A stretch of 64,000 bases of DNA, from assembly GCF_035654295.1 (NCBI RefSeq), contig NZ_DASRXF010000016.1, positions 10,663-74,662 of the forward strand. The letters run 5' to 3'. The notes beneath the pieces are model-generated. The model did no database searches and had not been told where the DNA came from. It saw nothing but the letters and a program-made list of their open reading frames with translations. This document shows positions 55,128-64,000 of the stretch, one piece after another (position 1 is the stretch's first letter; each line of letters begins with the position of its first letter). This stretch comes from Noviherbaspirillum sp. (GTDB lineage: Bacteria; Pseudomonadota; Gammaproteobacteria; Burkholderiales; Burkholderiaceae_D). Both the position numbers and the translations under genes were made by a program.

Positions 55128-56804
55128 TCAGTTCGCCTTCCCGTTGGTTTTATTGTCGTCGCCTACCCAACGCACGGGGGCAGGTTGGATGCGGCCCTGC
55201 TTGACCCATTCCACCAGCTCGCGCTTGAGGATCTTTCCGCTGGCGGTCTGCGGAAATTCATCGAGCGGAATGTAGAACTCCGGCATGTCGAACTTCGACA
55301 GCCCGGCATCATGCAGGTGCTTCAGGATTTCATTGCCTGCCGGCGGCCTTGCCCCCTCGGTGCAGGTGACGGCCAGGCAGACCCGTTCGCCGAGGCGATC
55401 GTCGGCCACCGGGAAGGCGGCCGCCTTGAGCACGGCCGGATGCGTGATGGCGAGGTCTTCAATGGTGGACGGATGGATGTTGTGGCCGCCGCGGATGATG
55501 AGGTCTTTCTTGCGCCCCATGATGACGAGGCAGTCGTTTTCGTCGAACATGCCGAGGTCGCCGCTGAGGAACCAGCCGTGCGCGTTGAAGGATTTCTCGG
55601 TGGCCGACTGGTTGTTGAAGTAACCGAGCATCAGGCAGCCGCCCCGCCCGCCGATCTCTCCGATCTCGCCGGGCTTGGCCTCGATGTCCGGGTTCTCCGC
55701 ATTCCACAGCTTGACTTCATAGGCGCCGCAGGCACGGCCGCAGGTGCCGACGATGGTATCGGCGCTGTCGGTGGGCAGCGTGTACTGGTGCGAGCCGTTT
55801 TCGGTCATGCCGTAGATGTTCTGCGGCAGGATGCCCCGGTTCAGGAAGCCCTGGGCGATTTCGCGTGGAATGGCGGCGCCCGCCATGTAGAACACTTTTA
55901 CCTTCCCGAGCTTGTCGAGGCCGCGCCGCTTCGTTTCGGCCAGGATATCCATCGCATGCGTGGGCACGCCCATCACATAGGTCGCGCCGGTCTCGAGTAT
56001 CCAGTCGATCGGCTTCAAGCCGGAGGGCAGGTCGTTCACCACCAGTTCCATGCCGGCGACAAGCGCCTGCTCGATTGCCACCGTTGCGATGTGGTGGCTG
56101 ATCGGGCTGAGACTGAACAGAATCGTATCGGCATCGTGCCCCCAGTCCTTCACCATCGCCCTGCCGTTGGCAAGCAGAGTGTTGTCGCTGTGCATGACGG
56201 CCTTGGGCAACCCCGTGGTGCCGGAGGTGAAGGCGAGGTAGACCACCTTGTCCGGATTGGTTTCCGGCTCGAATTGCGACCCCGCCCCGTCCGCTCGCGG
56301 AAACTCCCCGGCGCCGTCGCGCGAGGGCTCCAGCCAGTAGGAGCGGCGCAGGCTCTTGACGGCGCCGATCTCGTCGGCCACGCCTTCCCGCTTGCCATCG
56401 GCGCCATAACCTCTTTGCCCGAAGAAGGCTTCGCAATCGATGCGCTCGATCAGCCGCACGATCTCCGCCACCGTATAGTTCTGGTGCAGCGAGGGATTGC
56501 AGATGTAGCCGTTGCGCGAGCAGGCGAGGAAGATGATGACCGACTCCACGCGGCTGGGCAGCCACACCGAGACGCGCGAGCCCTTGCGCAGGCCCGCAGC
56601 GGCAAGATCGGCGGCGACCGCGTCCGTCCATTCCAGGAGCTGTTCCCACGTCAGCCGCCGCGTGCTGTCGCGCAGCGCCCACGCGCCGGGACGTGCCTGC
56701 GCATGCGAGCGCAGCAGCGTGTACAAGGTTTTGTCCTGCCAGACGCCGGCTGCGTAATACGCGCGCGCCTGCTGCGGATCGTGGAGGGTAAGGACCGTGT
56801 TCAT
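55128..56804 (-). CDS. AMP-dependent acyl-CoA ligase
   Basis: 558 aa. AMP-binding motif YLAFTSGTTGLPKAV is present. Confidence 0.88.
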   Translation of the reverse strand: MNTVLTLHDPQQARAYYAAGVWQDKTLYTLLRSHAQARPGAWALRDSTRRLTWEQLLEWTDAVAADLAAAGLRKGSRVSVWLPSRVESVIIFLACSRNGYICNPSLHQNYTVAEIVRLIERIDCEAFFGQRGYGADGKREGVADEIGAVKSLRRSYWLEPSRDGAGEFPRADGAGSQFEPETNPDKVVYLAFTSGTTGLPKAVMHSDNTLLANGRAMVKDWGHDADTILFSLSPISHHIATVAIEQALVAGMELVVNDLPSGLKPIDWILETGATYVMGVPTHAMDILAETKRRGLDKLGKVKVFYMAGAAIPREIAQGFLNRGILPQNIYGMTENGSHQYTLPTDSADTIVGTCGRACGAYEVKLWNAENPDIEAKPGEIGEIGGRGGCLMLGYFNNQSATEKSFNAHGWFLSGDLGMFDENDCLVIMGRKKDLIIRGGHNIHPSTIEDLAITHPAVLKAAAFPVADDRLGERVCLAVTCTEGARPPAGNEILKHLHDAGLSKFDMPEFYIPLDEFPQTASGKILKRELVEWVKQGRIQPAPVRWVGDDNKTNGKAN

Positions 56805-56818
56805 GGCGCCGCTCTCGC

Positions 56819-57604
56819 TCAGTGACCGAACTTGGACGCGTCGGGCGAACGCTTTTCGCTGAACGACTTCGACAGCTCCTTCGACTCCTCGGTGTCGAGG
56901 TTCAGGCGCAGCAGCAGGTCATGCGTGACGCGCGACAGTCCGCCCACGCCGCCGTGGCGGGCGCCGAAGGCCGCCTTGATCGAGGCCAGCGCAAAGGCGC
57001 CGCGCTCGGCGATCTCCAGCGCCATTTCGCGCGTGGCGGCGGCCAGCTGGTCGTCGGGCACCACCTTGTTGATGAGGCCCATCTCCTCCGCTTCCCTGGC
57101 GCTGATCTTCGGATTGCGGAACCAGATTTCCTTGGCCTTCTTCTTGCCGACCAGGTCTTCCAGGTACCAGGTGCCGAAGCCTGCGTCGAAACTGCCCATC
57201 ATCGGCCCGACCTGGCGGAACACCGCGCTTTCCTTGGCGATGGTGATATCGCACATCACTTGCAGCACGTTGCCGCCGCCGACGGCAAAGCCGTTCACCG
57301 AGGCGATCACCGGCTTTTGCAGGCGGTCGATGGCCTCGTACATGTCGAGCACCGGCAGCACGCCGGGGTAGAGGTGGGTGTCGGGCATGCCGGTCTTTTC
57401 GCCGCCGATGCAGAAGAAGCGGTCGCCGGCGCCGGTGATGACGATGACCCGCGTGCGGGTCTCGCGGCGGATATCGTTGATGCAGTCACGGATCTCGTGG
57501 CACATGGTTTCGTTGAACATGTTGCCGTTGTCGGGACGGTTCAGCGTGATGGTGCCGATGGGGCCGTCTTCGGTGTAGAGGATGGTCTCGAACTGGCGTG
57601 TCAT
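56819..57604 (-). CDS. MenB/BadI-subfamily crotonase (possible 2-ketocyclohexanecarboxyl-CoA hydrolase type)
   Basis: 261 aa. ITGAGDRFFCIGGE, GGGNVLQVMCD.TIA and VGPMMGSFDAGFGT resemble the MenB/BadI branch as I recall it. Confidence 0.65.
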   Translation of the reverse strand: MTRQFETILYTEDGPIGTITLNRPDNGNMFNETMCHEIRDCINDIRRETRTRVIVITGAGDRFFCIGGEKTGMPDTHLYPGVLPVLDMYEAIDRLQKPVIASVNGFAVGGGNVLQVMCDITIAKESAVFRQVGPMMGSFDAGFGTWYLEDLVGKKKAKEIWFRNPKISAREAEEMGLINKVVPDDQLAAATREMALEIAERGAFALASIKAAFGARHGGVGGLSRVTHDLLLRLNLDTEESKELSKSFSEKRSPDASKFGH

Positions 57605-57643
57605 GTCTCGTTCTCCTGGTGTGTATGTGTGTGGATGGATGTC

Positions 57644-58876
57644 TCAGAGCAGTCCTGCGTCGTCCAGCTTCCGGATCGCGTCGTCGTCCCAGCCTAGCCA
57701 TGTCGCGAAGGCGTGCCGGGTATCTTCGCCCAGGCGGGGCGGGTCCTTGCGGTGGGTGTGGTGATTGCCGTCGAAGCGGATGCCCAGGCCGACCTGGGGT
57801 ACGGGCACGCCGTTGCGGCGGGGCGCGTAGAACAGGCCGCGTTCGGTCAGGGTCGGGTCGGTCACCACCTGGTCGAGGCTGTTGATCGGCCCGGCGGGGA
57901 TGCGCGCGCCGGCGAAGAGGTCGAGCCAGTGGACGCGCGGCTTGGTGAGCAGGATGGCCTGGATCTCCTGCACGATTTCCGGACGGAAGGCGCGGCGGCC
58001 GGCGTTGTCGGCGAAGCGCTGGTCCTGCGCCATGTCAGGGCGCCCGATCGCTTCGCAGAAACGCTTCCAGATCGCATCGTTGCCGAGCCCGAGCGTGATC
58101 GGATGGTCGGCCGTGTAGAAGGTGCGATAGATCGCGATCACGCTGTCGGTGCCGCCGCTGCGGCGCGGCAGTTCGCCCGAACCGAGATAGGGAACGATGC
58201 GCGGCGTCATGAATCGCGTCATGCTCTCGACCATCGCGATGTCGATCTCGTGTCCGCGGCCGGTGCGGTTGCGGTCGATGAGGGCGGCCATCGCCGCCAT
58301 GGCCGCATCGGCGCCGGACAGCAGGTCGGCCGCCGGCGTGCCCACCTTTTGCGGGTCGCGCTCGGGGGACTCGCCGGTCAGGTCCATCACGCCGCTGTAG
58401 CCTTCGGCGATCAGGTCGTAGCAAGGCTGGTCGGCCTTGGCGCCTTCCAGCCCGAAGCCGGTGATCGATACATGCACCAGCCGCGGATTGATATGCCGCA
58501 GGCGCGCATAGTCGATGCCGAGTTTCTTCTGGCTGCGTCCCACCTGGTTGATGAGGATGACGTCAGCGGCCTTCACCAGTGCATGGAGGGCTTCGAGCCC
58601 GGCGGCCTGCGCATAGTCGAGCGTGACGCTGTGCTTGTTACGGTTCACGCTCAGGAACCACAGGGATTCACCGTCGAGGAAGGGTGGCCCCCAGGCGCGC
58701 GCGTCGTCGCCGCGGCCGGGGCGCTCGATCTTCAGCACTTCGGCGCCGAGGTCGGCCAGCAGCAGCGATGCATAGGGGCCGGCGATGGAGGTCGTCAGGT
58801 CAAGGACGCGGATGCCTTCGAGCAGGTCAAGCGCGGGAGAGTCCGGGGCCGGGGCGAGTTGTTCAGCAGGCAACAT
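57644..58876 (-). CDS. Family III CoA-transferase (CaiB/BaiF)
   Basis: ATG 58876. [39 protein letters not shown] is the family signature. Confidence 0.85.
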   Translation of the reverse strand: MLPAEQLAPAPDSPALDLLEGIRVLDLTTSIAGPYASLLLADLGAEVLKIERPGRGDDARAWGPPFLDGESLWFLSVNRNKHSVTLDYAQAAGLEALHALVKAADVILINQVGRSQKKLGIDYARLRHINPRLVHVSITGFGLEGAKADQPCYDLIAEGYSGVMDLTGESPERDPQKVGTPAADLLSGADAAMAAMAALIDRNRTGRGHEIDIAMVESMTRFMTPRIVPYLGSGELPRRSGGTDSVIAIYRTFYTADHPITLGLGNDAIWKRFCEAIGRPDMAQDQRFADNAGRRAFRPEIVQEIQAILLTKPRVHWLDLFAGARIPAGPINSLDQVVTDPTLTERGLFYAPRRNGVPVPQVGLGIRFDGNHHTHRKDPPRLGEDTRHAFATWLGWDDDAIRKLDDAGLL

Positions 58877-58913
58877 GAGTGTGTGTGTACGTCGAATGTG
58901 GTCTCCTTCACTT

Positions 58914-58929
58914 TGCAACGTCCGTGCCA
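58914..58929 (-). promoter_or_regulatory. Sigma54 (-24/-12) promoter for the minus-strand CoA-pathway operon
   Basis: The minus strand reads TGGCAC-GGACG-TTGCA, a perfect match to TGGCAC-N5-TTGCW. It lies about 38 nt upstream of ATG 58876 and next to a sigma54 activator gene. Confidence 0.8.
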
Positions 58930-58951
58930 CCGCGCTCCGCCTTGAGCGGCG

Positions 58952-58967
58952 TGGCACGAAAACTGCC
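58952..58967 (+). promoter_or_regulatory. Sigma54-like -24/-12 element facing the activator gene
   Basis: The plus strand reads TGGCAC-GAAAA-CTGCC, with GG and GC at the correct 12-nt register and a weaker -12 element. It lies about 85 nt upstream of ATG 59051. Confidence 0.4.
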
Positions 58968-59050
58968 TGTTTTCACTGGAAAATCGCGGGCTTAAGTGGT
59001 GCAAGGACAGCATTGCGCAACAAATCCGGGGCGATGCAAGCAGCGCCGGC

Positions 59051-60790
59051 ATGCACAAGCTGTCTTCCCGATGGACAGTCGCGGCGGCGAATTCTGTATT
59101 TACAGGAGACACACTGAAACTCATGGATGCGACAAGGGAATATAACCCGGCCGCCTTTGGCGTGCTGATACTGGACGCCGATGGCAAGGTGATGTGCGCA
59201 ACCGGCTTTGCCCGCGACGATGCCATCCGGCAGCGGGTTCTGGAGTGCTATCGAAACGAGGGGCGCCGGCGGGGCATGCTGGCCGTCGCCGGCGCTCCCA
59301 GGCTGATCGCAAGCTTCCGTTCGGGGGAGGACTCGACCCTGATCTTCATTCAGCATGCCGCCAGCCAGTCCACGCTATTCGATTTCGTCGCCAATGTCGA
59401 CTTCGCGCACGCGGTCTTCGACTACTTCCTGAACAATCCCTACGAGTCGGTGGTGGTGGTCGATGGCCAGGCGCGCATCCGGTACATTCCCCCGGTCCAT
59501 GAACGTTTCTTCGGCATCGCCCACGGCGAGGCGATCGGCAAGAAGGTCACGGAGGTGATCGAGAACACGAAACTGCATGAAGTTGTCCGCACCGGCAAGG
59601 CCGAGATCGGCAAGCTGCAGGAAATGGGCGGCGTCACCCGCGTCGTCGCGCGCATCCCCCTGGTCGAGAACGGCAAGACGGTCGGGGCGCTCGGACGCGT
59701 GATGTTCAAGGGCCCCGAAACAGTGGTTGCGCTCGGCAACGAAGTGGCGCAGCTTCGTTCGAAGGTGGAGTTTTACCGCAACGAACTCACCGGACTGAAA
59801 CGGCGTACCTTCGGCCTGGACAAGATGGTCGGCAACAGCGATGCGATTCGCCAGCTCAAGGCCGACATCGCCAAGGTCGCGCCGCTGTCGGTGCCGGTGC
59901 TGATCATCGGCGAGAGCGGCACCGGCAAGGAACTGGCCGCGCACGCCATTCACGCATTGAGCCAGCGCAGCGAGAATCCGATGGTGTTTGTCAATGCCGC
60001 CGCCCTGCCCGCTTCGCTGGTGGAAAGCGAACTGTTCGGCTATGAAGCCGGCGCCTTCACCGGCGCCGAAAAAAAGGGCCGCAAGGGCAAGTTCGAGCTG
60101 GCCGACCACAGCTCGCTGTTCTTCGACGAAATCGGCGATATGCCGTCGGACGTACAGGTCAAGCTGCTGCGCGTCCTGCAGGATGGCATCTTCGAGCGCG
60201 TGGGCGGCGACCGGCCGCGCCACTCGGACTTCCGCCTCATCAGCGCGACCAACCGCGATTTCCGGGAGATGATCGCCAACGGCGAGTTCCGGCTCGACCT
60301 CTACTACCGCATCAGCGGCGTCACCATCCGCATGCCGAGCCTGCGCGAGCGGCGGGAAGACATTCCTGAGCTGGTGCAAAGCTTCCTGCTTGCGTTTGCC
60401 GAGCGGCACCACACCTCGGCCAAGGGCGTGGATTCGCGCGTCTATGCCTACCTGAAGGAGTTGCCGTGGCCGGGCAATGTACGGCAACTGCTGCACGAGG
60501 TGGAAAAAGCGGCGATCTTCTGCGATGGCCCGGAAATCACGCTCGATAATTTCCGTCTGATGTCGCCGCCTCCGCTACCGGCGGCGGACGCCGCGCCACG
60601 CGCACCGGTCCCGGGCAGGATGCAGGACGCGATCGAGGAACTGGAAAAAACGATGATCCGCGACGCCATGCACAAGCACAAGGGGAACAAGAGCAAGGTC
60701 GCGGAGGAGCTGGGAATTTCGCGCGCCTACCTCTACAAGAAACTCTCCGGCGAGGAGCCGGAGAGCCTGGATCGTCAAAAAGACTGGTAG
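59051..60790 (+). CDS. Sigma54-dependent transcriptional activator (sensor/PAS-like N-terminus, AAA+ domain, Fis HTH)
   Basis: Walker A GESGTGKE, the sigma54-contact motif GAFTGA, and C-terminal NKSKVAEELGISRAYLYKKL are present. Start is uncertain (ATG 59051 or 59123). Confidence 0.9.
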   Translation: MHKLSSRWTVAAANSVFTGDTLKLMDATREYNPAAFGVLILDADGKVMCATGFARDDAIRQRVLECYRNEGRRRGMLAVAGAPRLIASFRSGEDSTLIFIQHAASQSTLFDFVANVDFAHAVFDYFLNNPYESVVVVDGQARIRYIPPVHERFFGIAHGEAIGKKVTEVIENTKLHEVVRTGKAEIGKLQEMGGVTRVVARIPLVENGKTVGALGRVMFKGPETVVALGNEVAQLRSKVEFYRNELTGLKRRTFGLDKMVGNSDAIRQLKADIAKVAPLSVPVLIIGESGTGKELAAHAIHALSQRSENPMVFVNAAALPASLVESELFGYEAGAFTGAEKKGRKGKFELADHSSLFFDEIGDMPSDVQVKLLRVLQDGIFERVGGDRPRHSDFRLISATNRDFREMIANGEFRLDLYYRISGVTIRMPSLRERREDIPELVQSFLLAFAERHHTSAKGVDSRVYAYLKELPWPGNVRQLLHEVEKAAIFCDGPEITLDNFRLMSPPPLPAADAAPRAPVPGRMQDAIEELEKTMIRDAMHKHKGNKSKVAEELGISRAYLYKKLSGEEPESLDRQKDW

Positions 60791-62550
60791 CAGTGAACAG
60801 CCCTCGCGCCTTCCATGACTGCCGTCGCATGGGCGGCAGCGTGCGGCGCGATGTTGGTGAAATAGAACTCGGCCAGCCCGATGATTCCGTTGAAGTAGGC
60901 GTCCGGATCTCCTCGTTCGCGCAAAGCCGCGGCGGCTGTCGCGGCACGCACGAGCTGCCACCCTCCGCAGGTGATGCCGGCCAGGTGCAGAAAGGGCGTA
61001 CTTGCGGACAAGACCTCGCCCATCTCCTTCTCGCCCTTGAACAGCACCCAGTCGACCGCTTCCTGCAGCGTGTCGATGCTGCGCATCAGCCGGGCGCCCA
61101 GGCCCGCGACGGGCGATTCCTCGGCGCGCCGGGCCGCGGCCCGCATTTCGGCAATCAGGAGACGGAAGGCTTCGCCCTTGTCGCGCAGTGTCTTGCGGTT
61201 GATCAGGTCTTGTCCCTGGATGCCGGTGGTGCCTTCGTAGATGCTGGTGATCCTCACATCCCGCAGATACTGCGCCACGCCGGCTTCCTCGACAAAGCCC
61301 ATGCCGCCGTGGATCTGTATGCCGAGGTTGGCAACCTCGATGCCGAGTTCGGAGCCCCAGCCCTTGACCACGGGCATCAGCAGGTCGAGCAGCTGCCTGC
61401 TGTGTTTCGACCTTTCCGGATGGGGATCGCAGCGGGCACGGTCAAACCAGCCTGCCGCCGTATAGGCCAGCATCCTTGCCGCCATCACGCGCGCGCGCAT
61501 GGCAAGCAGCATGCGCCTGACGTCGGGGTGGCGGATGATGGGAACGTTGGTTTCACCCGTCTGGGCGTCCCGGCCCTGGCGCCGCTCGCCGGCATATTCA
61601 AGGGCTTTCTGCCAGGCGCGCTCGGCGAGCGCGATGCCTTGCAGACCGACGTTGAAGCGGGTCTCGTTCACCATCACGAACATGTACTCGAGGCCGCAGT
61701 TCGGTTCACCGACCAGGTAGCCGACCGCCCCATCCTTGTCCCCGTAACTCATCACACAGGTCGGGCTGCCGCGGATGCCCATTTTGTGTTCGACGGCAAT
61801 GCATTGCATGTCGTTGCGCGCGCCGGGCGTACCGTCCTCGCCAACGAGGAACTTGGGGACCACGAACATCGAGATGCCGCGCACGCCGGGCGGTGCATCG
61901 GGAAGACGTGCGAGCACGAGATGGACGATGTTGTCGGCCAGCTCGTGATCGCCGTAAGTGATGAATATCTTTTGCCCGAACAGGCGATAGCTGCCGTCCG
62001 CATGGGGCACGGCGCGCGTCTTCATCGCGCTCAGGTCCGAGCCGGCGTTCGGCTCGGTGAGGTCCATCGTCGCCGTCCACTCGCCGCTGGCGAGCTTGGG
62101 CACGAAGGTCGACTTCAGTTGTTCGTTGGCGGCCAGCAGCAAGGTTTCGGCAGCGCCCTGCGCCATCGGTGGCAGCAGGTTGAACGCCATGTTCGCCGAA
62201 TAAAACATTTCGGTGACCGGCGCCGCGACCAGCTTCGGCAGCCCCTGTCCGCCGAACTCGGGCGCCATGCCCAGCCCCACCCAGCCGGCGTCGCGGAACT
62301 CGGCGTAGGCCTCGATCCATCCGTCCGGCGTGACCACCCTGCCGTTCTCCACGCGGCAGCCCTGCGCGTCGCCCATGGGGTTGAGCGGAGCCAGCACGCC
62401 GGCCGAAAAGCGCGCCGCCTCGTCAAGGACCGCTTCCGTCAGTTCGACGCTTGCTTCTTCGCAGTTCGGCAGGCTGCCGATCTGCTCAAGATCCGCCAGG
62501 TGACGCAGAATGAACTGCATGTCGCGCAGCGGTGCTGCATACGCATTCAT
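60775..62550 (-). CDS. Long-form acyl-CoA dehydrogenase (591 aa)
   Basis: ATG 62550 overlaps the thiolase stop by 1 nt. ACAD core with N- and C-terminal extensions. The 3' end overlaps the convergent activator gene by 16 nt. Confidence 0.85.
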   Translation of the reverse strand: MNAYAAPLRDMQFILRHLADLEQIGSLPNCEEASVELTEAVLDEAARFSAGVLAPLNPMGDAQGCRVENGRVVTPDGWIEAYAEFRDAGWVGLGMAPEFGGQGLPKLVAAPVTEMFYSANMAFNLLPPMAQGAAETLLLAANEQLKSTFVPKLASGEWTATMDLTEPNAGSDLSAMKTRAVPHADGSYRLFGQKIFITYGDHELADNIVHLVLARLPDAPPGVRGISMFVVPKFLVGEDGTPGARNDMQCIAVEHKMGIRGSPTCVMSYGDKDGAVGYLVGEPNCGLEYMFVMVNETRFNVGLQGIALAERAWQKALEYAGERRQGRDAQTGETNVPIIRHPDVRRMLLAMRARVMAARMLAYTAAGWFDRARCDPHPERSKHSRQLLDLLMPVVKGWGSELGIEVANLGIQIHGGMGFVEEAGVAQYLRDVRITSIYEGTTGIQGQDLINRKTLRDKGEAFRLLIAEMRAAARRAEESPVAGLGARLMRSIDTLQEAVDWVLFKGEKEMGEVLSASTPFLHLAGITCGGWQLVRAATAAAALRERGDPDAYFNGIIGLAEFYFTNIAPHAAAHATAVMEGARAVHCYQSF

Positions 62551-63716
62551 CAGTGCGGCCTCGCGATCACCATGGCGATGCCGATACCGCCGCCGATGCA
62601 CTGGGTCGCCAGTGCATAGCGCCCTTCGCCGCGCGAGAGGCGCAGCGCAGCCTTGCCCACCAGGCGGCCGCCGGTCGCGCCCAGCGGATGACCGAGCGCG
62701 ATCGCGCCGCCATCGGCGTTCAGTTTTTCCGGCGCGATGCCGAGCTCGCGGCGGCAGGCTTCGGCCTGGGCGGCAAACGCCTCGTTCATTTCGACGACAT
62801 CGATGTCCTCGATGCTGAGCCGGGCGCGCGACAATGCCTTGCGGCTGGCGCCGATCGGCCCCAGTCCCATCACATCCGCGGCGCAGCCGTCCACCGCGAA
62901 GCTCACCACCTCGGCCAGCACCGGCAGGCCATGGCGCATGGCGAACGCCTCGGAGCAGACAAACAGCGCGGTGGCGCCGTCCGTCATCGGCGAAGTCGAG
63001 CCCGCCGTCACCGTGCCGCCCTCCTTGAACGCGGGCGCCAGGCTGGCCAGCTTTTCCATGGATGGCATGCGGATGCAGCCGTCCTTGTCCACCCGTTCGC
63101 CCTTGACGTCGATGGCGACGATTTCCTGCGCCAGACGGCCGTCCTCTTGCGCGGCCAGCGCCTTGTTCTGGCTGTCGAATCCGAAACGGTCCTGCTCTTC
63201 ACGCGTGATGCCGTAGCGCTCCGCCACACGCTCGGCAGTCAGGCCGACTTTCATGTAGGCGTCCGTCTCCTCCTGCGACCAGGCAGCCGGCGGCGCAATA
63301 TTGAAACCGAACATGGGCACGCGCGACATCGACTCGACGCCGCCGCAGATGAAGGCTTCGCCGGCGTTGGTGGCGATCATGCCGGCGGCCATCTGAATCG
63401 ACTGCAGCGCCGAACCGCACCAGCGGTTCACCGTCACCCCGGCGACGGAGTCCGGCAGGCCGGCCAGCATGCCGACGATGCGCCCCAGATTCAAACCTTG
63501 TTCGCCTTCCGGATAGGCGCAGCCCCAGATTACGTCCTCGACCTCGCTCGCCGGGACCTGCACCTTTTCCATCAGTGCCCGGATCACTTGCGCGCTCAGG
63601 TCGTCGGGACGGATTTCCGCCAGCGCCCCCTTGCGGGCCGCGGTAAAGGGCGAGCGTACATATGCAGTGATAACTGCCTTCTTTGATTCCAATTCTTGCT
63701 CCAGATTAAGGTTCAA
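62550..63716 (-). CDS. Acetyl-CoA C-acyltransferase (thiolase)
   Basis: 388 aa. Thiolase motifs NRWCGSALQ, NEAFAAQ and GHPLGATGGRL are present. The start is uncertain (the track start is a TTG). Confidence 0.85.
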   Translation of the reverse strand: MNLNLEQELESKKAVITAYVRSPFTAARKGALAEIRPDDLSAQVIRALMEKVQVPASEVEDVIWGCAYPEGEQGLNLGRIVGMLAGLPDSVAGVTVNRWCGSALQSIQMAAGMIATNAGEAFICGGVESMSRVPMFGFNIAPPAAWSQEETDAYMKVGLTAERVAERYGITREEQDRFGFDSQNKALAAQEDGRLAQEIVAIDVKGERVDKDGCIRMPSMEKLASLAPAFKEGGTVTAGSTSPMTDGATALFVCSEAFAMRHGLPVLAEVVSFAVDGCAADVMGLGPIGASRKALSRARLSIEDIDVVEMNEAFAAQAEACRRELGIAPEKLNADGGAIALGHPLGATGGRLVGKAALRLSRGEGRYALATQCIGGGIGIAMVIARPH

Positions 63717-64000
63717 CGATAGCTGCGGCGTTTCGACTCGCTGTCGCTGTGCACGCCCAGGTAGAGCTCCCTGACGACGGGATTGCGGGTCAGCTCTTGG
63801 CTCGGCCCGTCCAGCATCACCTTGCCGTTTTCCACGATGTAGCCGTGATGGGAGACGGAAAACGCCATCGACGCGTTCTGCTCGACCAGCAGCATCGACA
63901 CGCCTTGCTCGCGGTTGATGCGCGAGATGATGGAAAAGATTTCTTCGACCAGTTTCGGCGCCAGGCCGAGCGAGGGCTCGTCGAGCAGGATCAGACTGGG
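63713..64000 (-). CDS. LivF-like branched-chain amino acid ABC transporter ATP-binding protein, C-terminal part (5' end outside window)
   Basis: The frame stays open to the window edge: PSLILLDEPSLGLAPKLVEEIF... (Walker B/D-loop) continues into ...LLVEQNA..A..V..HGYIVENGKV. Confidence 0.8.
   Translation of the reverse strand, partial: PSLILLDEPSLGLAPKLVEEIFSIISRINREQGVSMLLVEQNASMAFSVSHHGYIVENGKVMLDGPSQELTRNPVVRELYLGVHSDSESKRRSYR

Noticed and set aside
60793-62619. 608-aa plus-strand ORF mirroring the long acyl-CoA dehydrogenase
   Set aside because: It is antisense to a gene with clear ACAD similarity. Its composition is low-complexity Arg/Ala/Gly and it has no start context.

Overview
High-GC (about 65%) proteobacterial chromosome segment. 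Bug/TctC-type binding proteins, the porin type and REP-like repeats suggest a betaproteobacterium (Burkholderiales-like), but that is a guess. Positions 1-24946 hold most of a P. aeruginosa H1-like type VI secretion system (T6SS): tssM-tagF-ppkA-hcp on the + strand, hcp-tssC-tssB-tssA on the - strand, then tagJ-tssE-tssF-tssG-clpV-X-vgrG-DUF4123-orf-orf-PAAR-tagH(fha)-pppA on the + strand. tssJ/K/L are not in the window and presumably lie upstream of tssM. The most interesting unexplained material sits inside this cluster. It comprises (i) a low-GC three-gene islet behind the Hcp1-type gene, one ORF of which carries an LAS/M15-like zinc-peptidase motif, (ii) an unassignable 263-aa gene between clpV and vgrG, (iii) a vgrG-DUF4123-119aa-197aa-PAAR module with no recognisable toxin or immunity gene, and (iv) a PpkA kinase whose periplasmic part is Pro-rich plus five MORN repeats. 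Positions 25-38 kb are accessory: AraC regulator, glycosyltransferase, MCP, GH16 lipoprotein, LivK-like binding protein, hipBA with four phased operators, an orphan HipA fragment, a porin and a Bug protein. A lower-GC stretch of about 4.5 kb here is bracketed by a 70-bp double-hairpin repeat. Positions 38.8-47.2 kb encode the catechol/beta-ketoadipate pathway (catC catB catR pcaD pcaJI catA pcaF) and include a 38-codon pcaF relic. Positions 47-64 kb are CoA-dependent beta-oxidation-type genes. They include a bad/ali-like enzyme set behind a perfect sigma54 promoter, next to a sigma54 activator. Many long antisense ORFs in the track are high-GC artefacts. All functional calls rest on motifs read by eye and recalled family knowledge, since no database search was possible.
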